DNA of 63,836 nucleotides, filler included, from Octopus bimaculoides (lineage: Eukaryota), in NCBI RefSeq assembly GCF_001194135.2. It is 7 parts of 7 records of this genome, joined end to end, with 100 filler letters (N's around TTAATTAATTAA, not from the genome) between each part and the next. Parts side by side here need not be neighbours in the genome. Positions count along the whole stretch, not along the records: positions 1 to 11,188 come from NC_069008.1; 6 more parts are not named here. One strand, 5' to 3'. Below are positions 1-10,528 of this stretch, piece after piece; within the stretch, counting starts at the first letter, position 1; each line of letters opens with the position of its first letter. The position numbers and the translations under genes are program-made. The notes beneath the pieces were generated by a model. The model searched no databases. It saw only the letters and a list, made by a program, of their open reading frames with translations, and was not told the DNA's origin.

Positions 1-28
1 TGTCTCTCTCACCAAGGTCATCAGCTGT

Positions 29-73
29 CGAACGCCGACGAAGGGAAATAACCCTGAAATCCGGATACGTTCG
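29..73 (+). ncRNA. Type I hammerhead ribozyme motif (family B, copy 1)
   Basis: Stem I CGAACG(29-34)/CGTTCG(68-73); core CCGACGA(35-41, U4->C variant of CUGANGA); stem II AGGG/CCCT with loop AAATAA; GAAA-T; palindromic loop CCGG; ATA triplet (65-67). Confidence 0.7.
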
Positions 74-215
74 TGCTGCTGGTCGAGGTGAGAGGGATAA
101 CTCCCTTGGCAAACAGGACACAGTCGTGTGTCGATAAGCCAGCTGGAGGAGATGTCCTCCTGGGGCTAAAAGCAACAGTAACATCCACCCCTAGGGGTCA
201 GCCACACTTAAGTGG
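29..215 (+). mobile_element. Family B hammerhead-bearing repeat terminus (probable PLE terminal repeat or non-autonomous derivative)
   Basis: Shares AGCCAGCTGGAGGAGATGTCYTCCTGGGGCTA..AACAGTA and GCCACACTTA with 16139-16345; both end at (TA)n. Confidence 0.65.
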
Positions 216-228
216 CAATATACTACAC

Positions 229-375
229 TTTATATATATATATATATATATATATACATACACAAACATACACACACATATATACATATACACACACGCA
301 CACTATAGATTCATATACATACATACACACACATACACACACACACAAAAACACACACACACATATATATACAGT
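229..375. repeat. (TA)n/(CA)n compound microsatellite
   Basis: Directly visible. Confidence 0.95.
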
Positions 376-419
376 TGCCATGCTTGACTGCTATATCCAC
401 AAGTTTTTTTATTCTCTCT

Positions 420-570
420 GTTTATTTTCTCTTATTCCTTTCTGTCGAAGAGTGTAGGCTTGAAACGTAAAAGACTTTCTCACTTTCCCGAACATCAAAC
501 TAATACACCTGCTAGTTGTTCATACACCTGTCTTTGTCTTTTGTTTTTCTGTAAATTTCAACTATATACA
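420..570 (+). mobile_element. Family A PLE-like terminal repeat with minimal hammerhead-like motif
   Basis: CTGTCGA-A-GAGT-gtag-GCTT-GAAAC-GTA at 442-469; homologous to 640-750(-), 15911-16030(-), 22140-22290, 43900-44070, 44320-44470; ends at (TA)n. Confidence 0.6.
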
Positions 571-639
571 TATATATACATAGATATATCTATACATACA
601 TACATATATATATGGGAGAATGTACGAAAAAAAAACAAC

Positions 640-750
640 AGACGAGGACAGGTGGTGTAAACAACAAAAGGATGTATTAGTTTGATGCTTGGGAATACAG
701 AAAGTCTTTAACGTTTCAAGCTACGCTCTTCAACAGAAAGAATACGGAGA
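640..750 (-). mobile_element. Family A terminal repeat, inverted relative to 420-570
   Basis: Reverse complement reads CTGTTGAAGAGCGTAGCTTGAAACGTTAAAGACTTTCTG (736-699). Confidence 0.6.
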
Positions 751-898
751 AAAACACTGAGAAAAAAAAAAAAATATATATATATATATAGATTCAAGGT
801 TGAATATGGTACTTATGCGTAGGCACCCGAATATCGTATTCCAAAAGGATAGGTGATCAAAAAATCAAAAAATAAGCAACACGGATTTCAAAGGTGAT

Positions 899-987
899 TG
901 TAGTACGCACGTTTCATGCTACTCCAATTTATTTAAGTAATGCGAGCATTACATTAAATGCAATATGAAGAGCAATCTTCAGCTGCA
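899..987 (-). ncRNA. Type I hammerhead ribozyme motif with long stem II (family C)
   Basis: Minus strand: TGCAG-CTGAAGA(982-976)-60-nt self-complementary hairpin-GAAAC(915-911)-GTGC-GTA(906-904)-CTACA. A second copy at 19356-19393 has the perfect partner CTGCA. Confidence 0.65.
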
Positions 988-1477
988 CGAAANNNNNNNN
1001 NNNNNNNNNNNNNNNNNNNNNNNNNNNNNNNNNNNNNNNNNNNNNNNNNNNNNNNNNNNNNNNNNNNNNNNNNNNNNNNNNNNNNNNNNNNNNNNNNNNN
1101 NNNNNNNNNNNNNNNNNNNNNNNNNNNNNNNNNNNNNNNNNNNNNNNNNNNNNNNNNNNNNNNNNNNNNNNNNNNNNNNNNNNNNNNNNNNNNNNNNNNN
1201 NNNNNNNNNNNNNNNNNNNNNNNNNNNNNNNNNNNNNNNNNNNNNNNNNNNNNNNNNNNNNNNNNNNNNNNNNNNNNNNNNNNNNNNNNNNNNNNNNNNN
1301 NNNNNNNNNNNNNNNNNNNNNNNNNNNNNNNNNNNNNNNNNNNNATATATATATATATATATACATATTTTCTCTTGAATTTATGTAAGTATGTATAGAA
1401 TAATATATAAGCTGAATAAAGTTAAAACATAGTCTGGTTCTCATGTTTTTTATTATGGTATTTTAACAAAATTAATG

Positions 1478-1502
1478 CTTTCATACATAGTGTACTCATC
1501 GG
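1478..1502 (-). ncRNA. Degenerate hammerhead core in 3' UTR of PLE remnant
   Basis: Minus strand CCGATGA-GTAC-actat-GTAT-GAAAG; stems I/III not recoverable. Confidence 0.35.
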
Positions 1503-1700
1503 ATTTCAAATGTGTTTAATTCACAGTTGAGTTCTAGACAACTTTAGTGTCTCTTAGAACGCTCCAACCAGCTGAATATTTTAGAATACCGTTTTAATCA
1601 ATCCACATGCTCTTAAACATCACAGTTTGCCAGGTGTGCCGATATTCTGTAACGTGTTTATATTTATTAATCCACATCATTAACTGGTTGTTATATTATT

Positions 1701-2018
1701 GTTGCTACTTCCATTCAGGACAAGTTTGAACATTTTAATAAAACGTTTTTCTTTTATCTTTCTTCCAACCTCACTTGTGTCTTGTAGTTTGTGGAAAAGA
1801 AAAATTTTTTTAATTTTCTGACCACATACCTCTATATGTTTGCTCAATGGAATTTGGCAAACATTGACGTTCTGAATTTCTTGCTTGTGGACTCATGAAT
1901 GTTCTGATAATGCATTCCCTGTCTTGCCTACATATAATGCCTCACAATTCAGGCATTTAATGCAGTAGATCAAATTTCTGCTTTTGCAGTTCATATCTGC
2001 ATTTGCAAAAATCTGTCC
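1701..2018 (-). pseudogene. Penelope-like element GIY-YIG endonuclease remnant
   Basis: My translation of the minus strand: GQIFANADMNCKSRNLIYCIKCLNCEALYVGKTGNALSEHS*VHKQEIQ...IPLSKHIEVC...RKIKEKRFIKMFKLVLN. It has LIYCI..C..C...YVG, a C-terminal E..FI...LN, and one stop. Not in the ORF track. Confidence 0.85.
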
Positions 2019-2151
2019 ATTTTTTTGTTTTAATGGATCTATCCATATGTATGTATAAAATACAGGAAAACTAGACTATGTTTTAACTCTATTCAACTTA
2101 TATATTATTCTATATACATTTACATAAACTCGTAACAATCTAAATATATAT

Positions 2152-2759
2152 AAACAGGATTTGGAAGCTGGCATTTTCTGCATGATAGCTGTCTATCACA
2201 AAATGAAAGTAAAATCATTAGGAGGAGGAATTTTTATTAAATAAATGAAAGTAAAGCATTACGACATCCAAAGTTGTAAGAATTTCTGAAGTTTTTATAT
2301 CTGTTTTCAAATCATCATAGTAAGATTTATTAAAACTTTACCAACATACTGAAACAATAAAACTATAGATAATGTCTTTCATTTTCTTCCATAGATGAAT
2401 AGCTTGTCGTTGTCAGACAATTTTTACAATAGAATGTCTTATAAAAATTTTTGTTTATTCCATGTCAGACCATGCCTTCCCAAACAGATAGACCTCTTGA
2501 TCAGGACAGATTTGTGTAATTTTTCACAAAAAAAACTTTGTTGAGGATTTTTCTCCTTTTTAAATTATTTATGTGTCTGTTTGACTGTTTCACATGACTT
2601 TATTCATTAAAATTTATTAAAACTTTAGAAGTTCTAACAACTTTAGTCATCGTAATGCTTTGCTTTCATTTGTTTAATAAAAATTCCTCCTTCTAATGAT
2701 TTTGCTTTCATTTTGTGATAGCTATCATGCAGAAAATGCCAGCTTCCAAATCTTGTTTT
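2152..2759. mobile_element. Fold-back/MITE-like element with ~140-bp inverted arms
   Basis: 2152-2295 is the reverse complement of ~2610-2759 (GATTTGGAAGCTGGCATTTTCTGCATGATAGCT...); ~310-bp spacer; no clear TSD. Confidence 0.6.
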
Positions 2760-3199
2760 CTGATAAGGTAAAATTGATTAAACTTTAAAACCTCAGAAAC
2801 ATTTTTCTGCAGTTTTTCTGGAATAAATAAATAACAAAACCAAATTTAACGTAGAAAATTATTTCAATACATCAAATTTGAAAAATTTTGATGTAATTTT
2901 AAAATTTCACAATATGTGACAGCAACAGGGAAGACCCTACAAAAGTAGAGAGACAAGCAATTATAGAATGTGACACACACACACATTTACAAATTACACA
3001 CAGGTAATCACGAGTTTAAAATAGTGTATAGTAGGTGTATGTATGTATGTATGTATGTATGTACGTATCTATGTATGTATGTGTGTGTGTGTGTCTGTGT
3101 GTTTCTTTGAGATGGACAGCAGAAAAGCCACCTCTCCTAAAAGCAACGTATTCCTTACACCCACCTTTCCCTCCCTTCCTCAGTATTTTAAAAGTTAGT

Positions 3200-3234
<35 letters not shown>

Positions 3235-3825
3235 ATGTGTGTGTGTATGTGTGTGCATATATCTATGTATTTATGAAAGTATGTATGCAGCATCACATGT
3301 ATATGACAGCTGTATTAATGTTTATCATCCCATTGTGACTCTATATTTGTTGCCACTTACTCGCACTCTTTAATCGCACTCCCTTCACAATATCCTGTCA
3401 CTTATATTATGGCATTTGAACCTCAAAGGTATGCCCTGGCACTTGCCACTATCTATATCTCTCTTTTCCATTACTCAACCATCTCATTTATACTCTGATC
3501 CCCGTTCCTTGCGAGCATGCCCGGCATTTTGTCATCATCTCCATCTTGCGGTCTCCCACTCTCGCTCTCTCTCTCTCTCTCTCCTCCTGCACTTCCCTCA
3601 GGTTGGGAAACCATGTATTTTCTTTGCAGTAGCACACCTCTTTCTGTCTTCATTCCTGGTCGTTCTCTCTCTGGCCGGGTAGCCTTGTACTTCCTCTACA
3701 GCAAGACATTTGTATCTGTCTCATCTTTTCATCATCATCTCCTCCTCACCTTTTCATCATCATCTCCTCCAGTGCCTCCTCCCCTCTTAAAAGTTTTTTG
3801 TCCTGCAAGTACTTTGTGACCTTGT

Positions 3826-4140
3826 CAGTGCAGGTGCCACTTAAAAGCATCCAGTCTACACTGTAAAGTGATTGGTGTTAGGAAGGGTATCCAGCTGTAA
3901 AAACCTTGCCAAAACTGACCTCACCTATGCTTGTGCCACGTAAAAGCACTACACACCTCGCCTGTACTTGTGCCACATAAAAAGCACTAAGTCCACTCTG
4001 CTGAGTGGTTGATGTTAGAAAGGGCATCCAGCTGTAAAAATCCTGCCAAAACAGTCACAGAAATCTGGTGCTGGCTCTTGTGGTACCATCCCACCCATGC
4101 TAGCGTGGAACATGAACATTAAATAATGATGATGATTATG
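3826..4140 (+). mobile_element. SINE 3' portion with internal tandem duplication and (GAT)n tail
   Basis: Two copies of GTGCCAC.TAAAAGCA...GTTAG.AAGGG.ATCCAGCTGTAAAAA; ends CCCATGCTAGCGTGGAACATGAACATTAAATAATGATGATGAT. Confidence 0.7.
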
Positions 4141-4201
4141 ATGATCTCTATTTTCTTAATTTTCTTTTATATACTTACATAATGCATACATACATACATA
4201 C

Positions 4202-4221
<20 letters not shown>

Positions 4222-4237
<16 letters not shown>

Positions 4238-4605
4238 GTTGTTTTGTTGGCACTCCGTCGCTTACGACGTCGAGGGTTCCAATTGATCCGTTCAACGGAA
4301 CAGCCTCCTCGTGAAATTAACGTGCAAGTGGCTGAGCACTCCACAGACACATGTACCCTTAACGTAGTTCTCGGGGATATTCAGCGTGACACAGTGTGAC
4401 AAGACTGACCCTTTGAATTACAGGCACAACAGAAACGGGAAGTAAGAGTGAGAGAAAGTTGTGGTGAAAGAGTACAGCAGGGTTCGCCACCATCCCCTGC
4501 CGGAGCCTCGTGGAGCTTTAGGTGTTTTCGCTCAATAAACACTCACAACGCCCGGTCTGGGAATCGAAACCGCGATCCTATGACCACGAGTCCACTGCCC
4601 TAACC
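4222..4605 (-). mobile_element. tRNA-derived SINE, near full length
   Basis: Minus strand starts TGGTTAGGGCAGTGGACTCGTGGTC...GGTTTCGATTCCC (A/B-box-like); tail runs into (TA)n. Confidence 0.8.
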
Positions 4606-5021
4606 ATATATTATTTTGGTTAAGTCAGTTTCTTGCTGCTCTGAAGACTACAGGATCTTCAGTCAAATGTTGACAATGTCTGACAACTTGCCTGAAGATC
4701 CTACAGGTGAAATTCAAAGTTGCAAGAGATAGAGACTAACTCAACCAAAATAAAATATTGTTAATCTTGACTATGGTAGTGAGTACTCTTTTTTTACAAC
4801 AGTCCACACTAAAAGGATATGCATATGTGCGTGTATATGTGTGCATGCATGTAGTCATTGAAAAGGTTGCAAGTACCAACGAAAGAGCTTTGACAAACAA
4901 AAACAAAACAAATTAGTCTATCGGATATTTAACCAATTGACTAATAATAAAGAAAAGGAGTGGAATTATACACGTGTGGGTGTTAATTATATTGGCATAA
5001 TGACTCTCCCTAGATGCAACA

Positions 5022-5023
5022 AA

Positions 5024-5092
<69 letters not shown>

Positions 5093-5112
5093 GAGAGAGA
5101 GAGAGAGAGAGA
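5022..5112. repeat. (TA)n(GA)n microsatellite
   Basis: Directly visible. Confidence 0.95.
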
Positions 5113-5786
5113 GATGGAAGAAGAGTTGCATATATAGGTATACACACACACACACACATATAACACACATGTACTCTTACGCACACAAGCATATATGTAT
5201 ATACATTGCTTATTGGTTTCTAAGGCCACTTTTGCTCATCTCTTTGTTATTTATCCCAGAACTATCCCATCTCACTCTACCACACACACACAACTCACAC
5301 ACACACACACACACACACAACACACACACACACACACACACACAACACACACACACACAAACACACACATGAATTAAGTAAATATGTCCGCAACATAATA
5401 GATTTTTTCCCACATATCCAAATATCTAACATCTAACACTTACTACTACTACTACTACTACTACCAGTTCTGTGTAGCCTTCCTCTACTATTGCTGTTCA
5501 CATTGCTTGGTTCTTGATGCATTCTTCTGACACTATCAGCTGCTGCAGCAACATTTGTGCATAAGGAGTTGATTTTTTTTATGTATACAGCTGTGTTGAT
5601 ACAATGTTGATCATGGCTGTATCAGAGTGTGATATAGCAATGTGATCAATGGAATATTACATAATTAACACCATTTCAATAACACATGTATGCTCATGAG
5701 ACAACAACGGAACCTTTGATGTAATTGTTCTCTCTCTTCTGCTAGAAACAACAAACAGCTTAATCAGACTGCCATCTTAAAAAAAG

Positions 5787-6114
5787 CATTATAATGTGTA
5801 TCTTCATCCACTTATTTGATAGTGTTGGCACTGTAATATTCTTGTCACCGCTATTATGTTGTAGTGTCTTATTATCTTTGACTTGTCTATTTTGCTATCA
5901 CTGACAGCTCAGCAAGACAATGACTTTGAAACATCTACCATGACAGTAAATTGAACTTGTATATATCACATAAGTGACACTGACTCCAACTGAGAAACTT
6001 GAACAATGACTCTACTACTACTAACTTCCTACAATGACTGACTGTCTGACTTTATAGTAGCTCTGTCATACCACTTTGTCACATGAGAAGGAGAGTACAA
6101 TTTTCATTACAACA
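5787..6114 (-). repeat. 3' LTR of Gypsy element
   Basis: Aligns with 7872-8209 over ~330 bp (roughly 80% by eye); begins TGT on the minus strand after the PPT. Confidence 0.85.
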
Positions 6115-6147
6115 TCTCCCCTTTTCGTCCCCCCCCCCCCCCTCAAA

Positions 6148-6760
6148 CTAAATATTTTTCTTTACATAAACTGTCAGAGCTGCCCAGGCTGAATGGTTGA
6201 CTTCTTCAATTATATCTAGACTTTCTAGTCTTGATATAATGCCACAAATGTGGTCTAATGTCACAAATGGCACATTCCATTTGGGCCTAAAAATGGGTGT
6301 TGCCTTTTCTTCTAACACAATCCTCGCTTTTGTTTTAGTGCAACAGCCTAATCCTGCCAAGGAAACATTTGGAAACAATTTTTTAATTTTTTGTCTCAAT
6401 TGTTTGACTTCATTCAAACTTTTGACTGTGCTGACTACATTTTCACAGAGCACATTAATGGGGTTGGGTCCCACATTCTAAATAACTCCATGCATTCTGT
6501 GCCAAATAGGTTTAGTGATTTTTTGCATCGCATAGATGGCCCTTTTTGTTTCAACTTGAAAAGTTACATTGCAAATACATTCACTGATGAAATATAATTT
6601 CTTTCCAGTAACACCACATGCTACTTTATTTGATTTAAATAATTTCAGCTTGCCGATTTGTCACCATGTTTCTTCATTTATGATAGTGATGTCACTACCC
6701 ATGTCTAATTGCATTTTAACACTAGTGGTTTTGATTCTCGCCTTTATGAATTTTCTGTTT
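6148..6760 (-). pseudogene. Gypsy aspartic protease and RT N-terminus remnant
   Basis: VKMQLDMGSDITIINEETW (D[ST]G-type motif) at ~6720-6665; ORF 6148-6474 ...KATPIFRPKWNVPF...LESLDIIEEVNHSAWAALTVYVKK, typical Gypsy RT start. Confidence 0.85.
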
Positions 6761-6915
6761 GTTGTACAGACTTTTCTCTCTGATGACAAACTATTTATTT
6801 TTTCTCATTTCGTCCAAATTTTGTTATCTTAGTTCTTCAGTGCGATTCAATGTGTTCCATGTTCCCACAGTCAAAACACATTGCTTTTTTGAACGGACAC
6901 TCCTCTCTCAGATAC

Positions 6916-7687
6916 CTACCACCACATGGGTTTATCTCCTGTTGTGTACCATGTTTTGTGAAACACTTTATCCATCTTCCGACTCTTCCACGCTGGTTTT
7001 ATCTGTAAACAATCTCTGCATTGGATTTCTTCTGTGTCGTGCCTTACTTTTAATATCATATCACACTCTTCTGATAGTTTCTGGAGAGTGATATCCTGGT
7101 TCATTTCCAGCTTTGCGAGAATTTTCTTTCTGACTTCTGTGTCCTTTGTAACAGTAAGTCCCTGACTTTTGGTCAGGGACTTACTGCTTGAACGAGTCTG
7201 AAAGTTTATCCAGTTTAAATCTCTCACGCTCTCTGTTCACTCCACACGTATATGAGGTAAAGTCTTCACCATCACTTTTCTCAGTGTTCAAACACTTCTG
7301 TGTATTGAACAACAATGTTTTTTCACTAAACATGCTACATAAAATATCAACTGTGTCCGTGAAATTTATGTCAGAAACTTTTTTAGGCAATATAAAGTTA
7401 CAGTATTTCTCATGCTCTCTCGTTGCCAGTTTCCTCAGATTTAGATATGTCTTCATTTCGTCCATCCAGTCTTGGCACTCTTTTACAAAATAATATGCCT
7501 CGAAGGTGACTCCTTCTTCTGGGTCATATTTAAATTCATTTATTGAATTTGCTACATGTTTTGGCGAAAACATATTTTCAGGTTTTGTTACCAACTTCAT
7601 TGGTTGTAGCATTTGTTGCTGTAACACTTGTTCGTGTTCTTGTTCTTTGAGTTGTTGCAGTTTTTGCAACTCAACTAGATCTAACAA
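6916..7687 (-). pseudogene. Gypsy gag remnant
   Basis: INEFKYDPEEGVTFEAY...LRKLATREHEKYCNFILPK...FSEKTLLFN and EVRKKILAKLEMNQDITLQKLSEEC; frameshifted. Confidence 0.8.
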
Positions 7688-7871
7688 GTTTTCTATAATT
7701 TTATGGATTTTTCATAAAATATGTACAACAATGTTTGTTACTCCTCTGTCGAATATTTATTTTCTCCATGTGAAAAGCTTTTCAATGTTGTCCATGTGAA
7801 TTGACAACATTTTCGCATGATCAAAAAATTTTTTTAACATCTACATGAATTGTTTATTTCCTCATCACCAC

Positions 7872-8209
7872 TGTTATAATGTGGATCCTCATCCACTTGC
7901 ATGTTACTGTCAGCACTGTAATATTCTTGTCACCACTATTATGTTATGGTGATATTCCGCATCTTATTATCTTTCAGTCATCTATCATGCTATCGCTGAT
8001 AGCTCTGCAAGACAATGACTTTGAAACATCTACCTTGATGGTAACTCAAACTCGTATATATCACATAACTGACAGTGACACCAACTGAGAAACTTGTACA
8101 ACAACTCTACGACTAATGACCTCCTACAATGACTGACTGTCTGACTTCATAGTGGCTCTATCATACCACTTTGTCATGTAGGAAGGGTAGTATCATTTTC
8201 ACTACAATA
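7872..8209 (-). repeat. 5' LTR of Gypsy element
   Basis: Ends ...ATAACA on the minus strand, one base before the PBS-like TGGTGATGAGGA. Confidence 0.85.
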
Positions 8210-8329
8210 AAAAAATAATGGGTACTTTGGATGATGCAGTTGGAATTGCACAAAGGGATGATCATGGATGGATTGCTTTAGGGAAGAGGTCAGTCTTGGG
8301 CGTTAAATGAACAGCAGCATGATGACATA

Positions 8330-9710
8330 TGAGCTAATGAGAGAATCTCCAGGTGGTTTCTCAATCTTACTAGAAATGGTAGCCAGCCAAATCTCGCCCT
8401 ACTGTCTAGATAGAAGAGCACAATAGTTGAAATATATAAACTGGGGAAGGTACGAACGGTGATGATACTGAGAGAATCGAAGGACAAGGAAATCAGGCGT
8501 AGTCCACCAGAGGTGAAAACAGCCAGGAAGTGGAAAGCAGAGGCAGAGGCTGATGACATCCTGTCTTCTCTTACACACGAAGATATGGTGGGTGCAACGC
8601 AAATTCATCAGAAAGGACTTCGTTTTGGCGCAGACCAGTTCAGACTGTTTGCAAGTATGATATGGAGCGAAAGCAGATCTATTGTTAGCAACAGTGTCAA
8701 AATGAGGGAAACAGAGAGAAGCAAGCTTGATTTGATCCAATGTATTCAACGATGTCAGATGACGAGATGGGAGGAACATGTTGTTGAGAGGAAAATAAGT
8801 TGGAATGAGATATGGAGTTAGACCACATCTCAGCTAAGTTTTCTGATTCATTCATCCTATGATGTTTTGCCATCACCTACAAATCTAGTAAGATGGAATG
8901 TCTCAGAAAATGATATATGCAAATGCAGAAAGGTCAGAACACTGAAACATATTCTTTCCAACTGTCCACTAGCATTGAACAGATATACATAGAGATACAA
9001 CCTGGTCCTGAAGGTTATCTTCAATGCTATAAAGAACCAAATTGATCTCAACAACAGTGTAAAAGACCTTTGAAAGTACCAACTAGAAATTTTATTACCT
9101 TCGTGCACTCAGGTCAGCAAATCTGTTTCAAGAAGAAGAACAACAAACTTTCTGTGAGAGATGAAAAGTGGAACGACTATTGGGAGGTGACTGCAGATTT
9201 ACCAGGGTGTCAGGGATTCTTTTACAATAAAAACCAGATATTTTAAGGTAGTGTAAAAGAAAGTTGTGAATCTAATTGAGTTAACGGTTCCTCATGAAGA
9301 TAACATGGACACCGCTCGGGCTCGAAAGATTGACTGTTATGTAAACCTCTTCGAGGAATGTGAAGACACAGGCTGGAAAGCGGAGCACTTTCCAATTGAA
9401 ATCGGATGTAGAGGGTTTGTTGGACACCGTGTAAGACAACTGTTGTTATCATTAAGCCTAACTCATCATGAAGAAAATACCACCATGACAATATCCAAAC
9501 TACAGTGGAGAAGGCTAGCCACTGGATTTGGTTAAAAAGAGATGATGAGTGATGGCTAGAAGAATATTGAGTTTTATTGGATAACCAGTTGATCTAGCAA
9601 GTGGAGCCTCATATCAGTGAGTGTGGGGGCTGGTGCACATTGATGCCATCAAGTGGTACGCCCTGAAATGGTGCACATTCTCCCCTGATGACCCTATACA
9701 CTTGCTGGTT
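8330..9710 (+). mobile_element. RLE-type non-LTR retrotransposon 3' remnant (HERO/NeSL-like)
   Basis: WKAEAEADD...MVGATQ; SYDVLPSPTNL; C.C...TLKHILSNCPLAL; IELTVPHEDN...GWKAEHFPIEIGCRGF; multiple stops and frameshifts; 3' UTR to ~9710. Confidence 0.8.
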
Positions 9711-9904
9711 TCTGGTATGCAGAGTTCTTGACTGGTAGCACTTGCATGTGCAAGTTATTTACAAAACATGTATGTATGTGTGTATGTATATACGTAAGTA
9801 TGTTTCTTCTATTTTTTAATTATTATAAATCTTCACAGAGGAGGGAGCTAGTTTCTAACAAAGATACAAAGCTCCATCTTTGGGATGTAGTTAACACAGA
9901 CAAA

Positions 9905-10430
9905 TTCACATTTGGAACTTGAAAAAAGTCTTGCATATTTTTACTGTTCCACTTTCAGATTGGACTTGTAATGTATGAACCAACTGGTCAATTTCTCTTT
10001 CTGAAAATCCCAGTTTATCCAGATTCTCCTTTAAGCATTTACTAACAAAGCCTAGTGCTCCAAGTATTATTGATATGAATATGAATTCATTGTCTGAATA
10101 TAGAAGCTCTTTTTCTTTGATTTTCAAAGAGATATTTATATCTGCAGGGCAGCTGACCTCTATGATGGTACATGCCTTTGCCCCTCTGTCTCAGACAACA
10201 ATATCCGGCCTGTTATGTTTACATTTAACAGAAGTTTTGATGGGAATATTCCACCAGTATTCCTTGAGTTGGTGCTTATGAATGTATTCCATAACAAGGA
10301 TTTTCTAAGTTTATTTCAAGACAATCTTTCTTGTAGATGGCACTGTAAATTGTTTAGCAACAACATCGTGCTGCATAGGGAGGTAATACTGTGACATGCG
10401 TAATATCTTCCATAGAAACATGACATAGCC
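9905..10430 (-). mobile_element. RLE-type non-LTR (R4/Dong-like) 3' remnant
   Basis: Minus strand WWNIPIKTSVKCKHNRPDIVV*DR...IIEVSCPADINISLKIKEKELLY...IILGALG...GTVKICKTFFKF; a small fragment of the same family lies at ~35566-35610. Confidence 0.8.
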
Positions 10431-10479
10431 TACACATGCGGTTGAGCATGTATGTATGCATGTATGTATGTATGTATGT

Positions 10480-10482
10480 ATG

Positions 10483-10528
<46 letters not shown>

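Larger units (their letters stand above)
5787..8209 (-). mobile_element. Internally deleted Ty3/Gypsy LTR retrotransposon (gag-protease-start of RT only)
   Basis: Direct repeats 5787-6114 and 7872-8209; PBS-like TGGTGATGAGGA (7870-7859); PPT AAAAGGGGAGA next to TGTTG at 6114; degenerate gag/pro/RT inside. Confidence 0.9.

Noticed and set aside
4625-4715. ~25-bp imperfect inverted repeat containing CTGAAGA twice
   Set aside because: No properly placed GAAA/NUH; not a hammerhead and too short to classify.
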